From Sphyrna mokarran (Eukaryota): DNA of 64,000 nucleotides. Position numbers and translations under genes: made by a program. Of this stretch, positions 61,711 through 64,000 are shown one piece after another. Position 1 is the first letter of the stretch. Each line of letters begins with the position of its first letter. Below the pieces are notes generated by a model, which saw only the letters and a program-made list of their open reading frames with translations, was not told the DNA's origin and did not search any database. The DNA lies in assembly GCA_024679065.1 (NCBI GenBank), contig JAGIQG010000002.1:102796001-102860000 (forward strand). The letters run 5' to 3'.

Positions 61711-62894
61711 CAAAACACAAACCAATTGATAACTTTAATTATTTTGTCATGAAACATGCAATCATTTGAAATTTAATTTTTTGAATTCTAATCCTGGACT
61801 TTTGAAATTTCAGTTGCTGAGAAAAACACTCACCAATATTTGTTAGCTCCGCTACAACTGGTTTGCTTGCGGCAGATGTAGAATCCATTCAAATTCCTCA
61901 TTGACTTCATTGGGACCCGAAGATCCCATCTGCAGAGGGGCCAAAAATTCCCACCGATAGTCTCTGAAAATGTTTGATAGAACACTTTGAGTTGCTTATG
62001 CAAACTCTGTGGTCAGGATATGTAATCTCTATATATACTTTAACTACAAAACAGCAACTATTCAGGGGCTAAATCCTGACTTCCAAAAATGGAGCCCCCA
62101 CCATTTCAATTCCATCATTATCACAGATTCCTTCAACAGCCCTGCCATTCTACCTGCTCTCAGGCCAATTCAGCTGTGACCTTATGCTATAGAATTTCCT
62201 ACATTTAACCTGTCATTTAAACTATCTGTGGGCAAAAGAAACAAATTATAGACATCCAATGTACATTTTCCAACCAAAAGATGTTTGGGAACCTCCTTCA
62301 TTCAGATTTTGCAATCTTAACATAACCCCCTAACTTTTGCAATGGAATGTTTTCATATGACACCCTGACCACAGAAAAGTTGGAATTTCTACAGGAGTCT
62401 TGTATTCACTTTTGCCCCTGAATTATAAAGACTACCTAATGTACAGTAAGTAATAGGATATAAAGGCCATTATCTTCGAAGTTGAAAACTCAAGTTGGGC
62501 CATTTTGTGATATCACAATCCTGTCCAACAGTGCCCATACAATTTTGATGATGGAGTGGCAGGAAAATGAGCTGCAGTCAGGGTCTCTGCCTCTGGAATT
62601 GGGGTTGAGATGAAAGCTAGGGGGGGGCCAAGACAGGCAGGTTAGAGGGCTCACTTCTATTTCCTATGACGTCTGCCTAGTTCCGTAGATAAATGTGACA
62701 TCAGTACCCACTTCAACCTCCTCTTCATGCTATCTCTCATACATATCCTGCTTCACCCTAAGCTCCCTTTTTCCCTCACCCGCTTACCCACATGTCCCGA
62801 TATCACCCTCACCATCCATGTTATTTGCCCATGGATCATGGATTCACCCCAGTATCTGCTGTGTATATAACTATTGGGCCTTGTAATAGCATTA

Positions 62895-63700
62895 AACATA
62901 GAACATAGAACACTACAGCACAAACAGGCCCTTCGGCCCACAAGTTGTGCCGAACACATCAAAACCTACCCAGCCATAGACCTATCTATAACCCCCAATC
63001 CCATTGGATCCCATATACTCATCCAGAAGTCTTTTAAAAGACCCAGCGAGTTCGCCTCGACCACCACCGACAGCAGCCGATTCCATTCACTCACCACCCT
63101 CTGAGTGAAAAACTTTCCCCTAGCATCCCCTCTGTACTTGCTTCCCTGCACCTTAAATCTGTGCCCTCTCGTCGCGACCATTTCAGCCCTGGGAAATAGT
63201 CTCTGAGAGTCCACCCTATCTATTCCTATCAACATCTTGTAAACCTCTATCAGGTCGCCTCTCAACCTTCGTCTCTCCAGGGAGAACAGTCCCAGCTCCC
63301 TCAACCTGTCTTCATAAGGCATGCCTCCCAATCCAGGCAACATCCTTGTAAATCTCCTCTGCACCCTTTCAATAGCTTCCACGTCCTTCCTATAGTGAGG
63401 CGACCAGAACTGCGCACAGTACTCCAAGTGTGGTCTGACAAGGGTCCTATAAAGCTGCAGCATTACCTCCTGACTCCTGAACTCAATCCCTCGATGAATG
63501 AAGGCCAGTACACCGTAAGCTTTCTTAACCACATCCTCCACCTGGGAGGCCGATTTGAGAGTCTTATGGACCCGGACCCCAAGATCCCTCTGCTCTTCCA
63601 TACAGCTAAGACTCCTACCTTTGATAGTGTACTCATTCATCCCGTTGGATCTGCCAAAATGGACCACAACACATTTATCCGCGTTGAAGTCCATCTGCCA
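62895..63700 (-). mobile_element. Young 5'-truncated CR1 LINE with uninterrupted ORF2 C-terminus
   Basis: 242-aa ORF: MDFNADKCVVVHFG...EQRDLGV...LYRTLVRPHLEYCAQFWSPHYRKD...RLRGDLIEVYK. Has the 3' stem-loop and (GTTCTAT)n tail. Confidence 0.95.
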
Positions 63701-64000
63701 GGAAGTCTTTGAAATGTTTATAAAGATAAACTAAACACTCATTCAAAAAAAATCCCAAAACTTATTCTATTAAGTCATTATGGGACTCTGAAAATGAAAG
63801 AAGAGTCATTGGAAAGCTACTTTAAAAAATCCAACAAGTAGCCATAGAACTATTAATATAAACATATTCATTGTCCTCTTGTCAACGGTATCAACAAAAT
63901 GTGTTGAGCCAAGTCCATTAGTGCATCAGTCAAGCGCTCATAGTAAGATTCATTGCAAAACTGTGTCAACAAAACTTCTAGAGCTGAAAACAGTTAAGAT

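Noticed and set aside
1-64000. Prokaryotic-type systems (CRISPR, operons, defence islands) and rRNA
   Set aside because: The window is intron-containing vertebrate DNA with no repeat-spacer arrays or rRNA-like sequence.

Overview
Vertebrate genomic DNA, most likely from a shark or other elasmobranch, judged from HE1/V-SINE, Deu-domain SINE and HER1/CR1-type repeats. It contains one real protein-coding gene, the Iroquois TALE homeobox gene irx1, on the minus strand. I reconstruct four coding exons (24352-24122, 21574-20587, 20369-20300, 20029-19975; 447 aa), all with canonical, phase-compatible GT/AG junctions; the ORF track misses the last two. The gene sits in a ~20 kb CpG-retaining domain that is poor in young transposons, and it is flanked by several blocks that look like conserved non-coding enhancers. 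The flanks are a mosaic of CR1, L2 and RTE LINE relics, SINEs, a hAT MITE with a perfect TSD, a decayed two-gene Harbinger transposon and Penelope-type inverted repeats carrying hammerhead-ribozyme remnants. A 500-nt assembly gap lies at 35601-36100. I found no convincing wholly new system. The best leads are regulatory (CpG canyon, candidate CNEs, possible autoregulatory sites, tandem Pumilio elements) or mobile-element relics. Family assignments come from recalled consensus motifs, not database searches.
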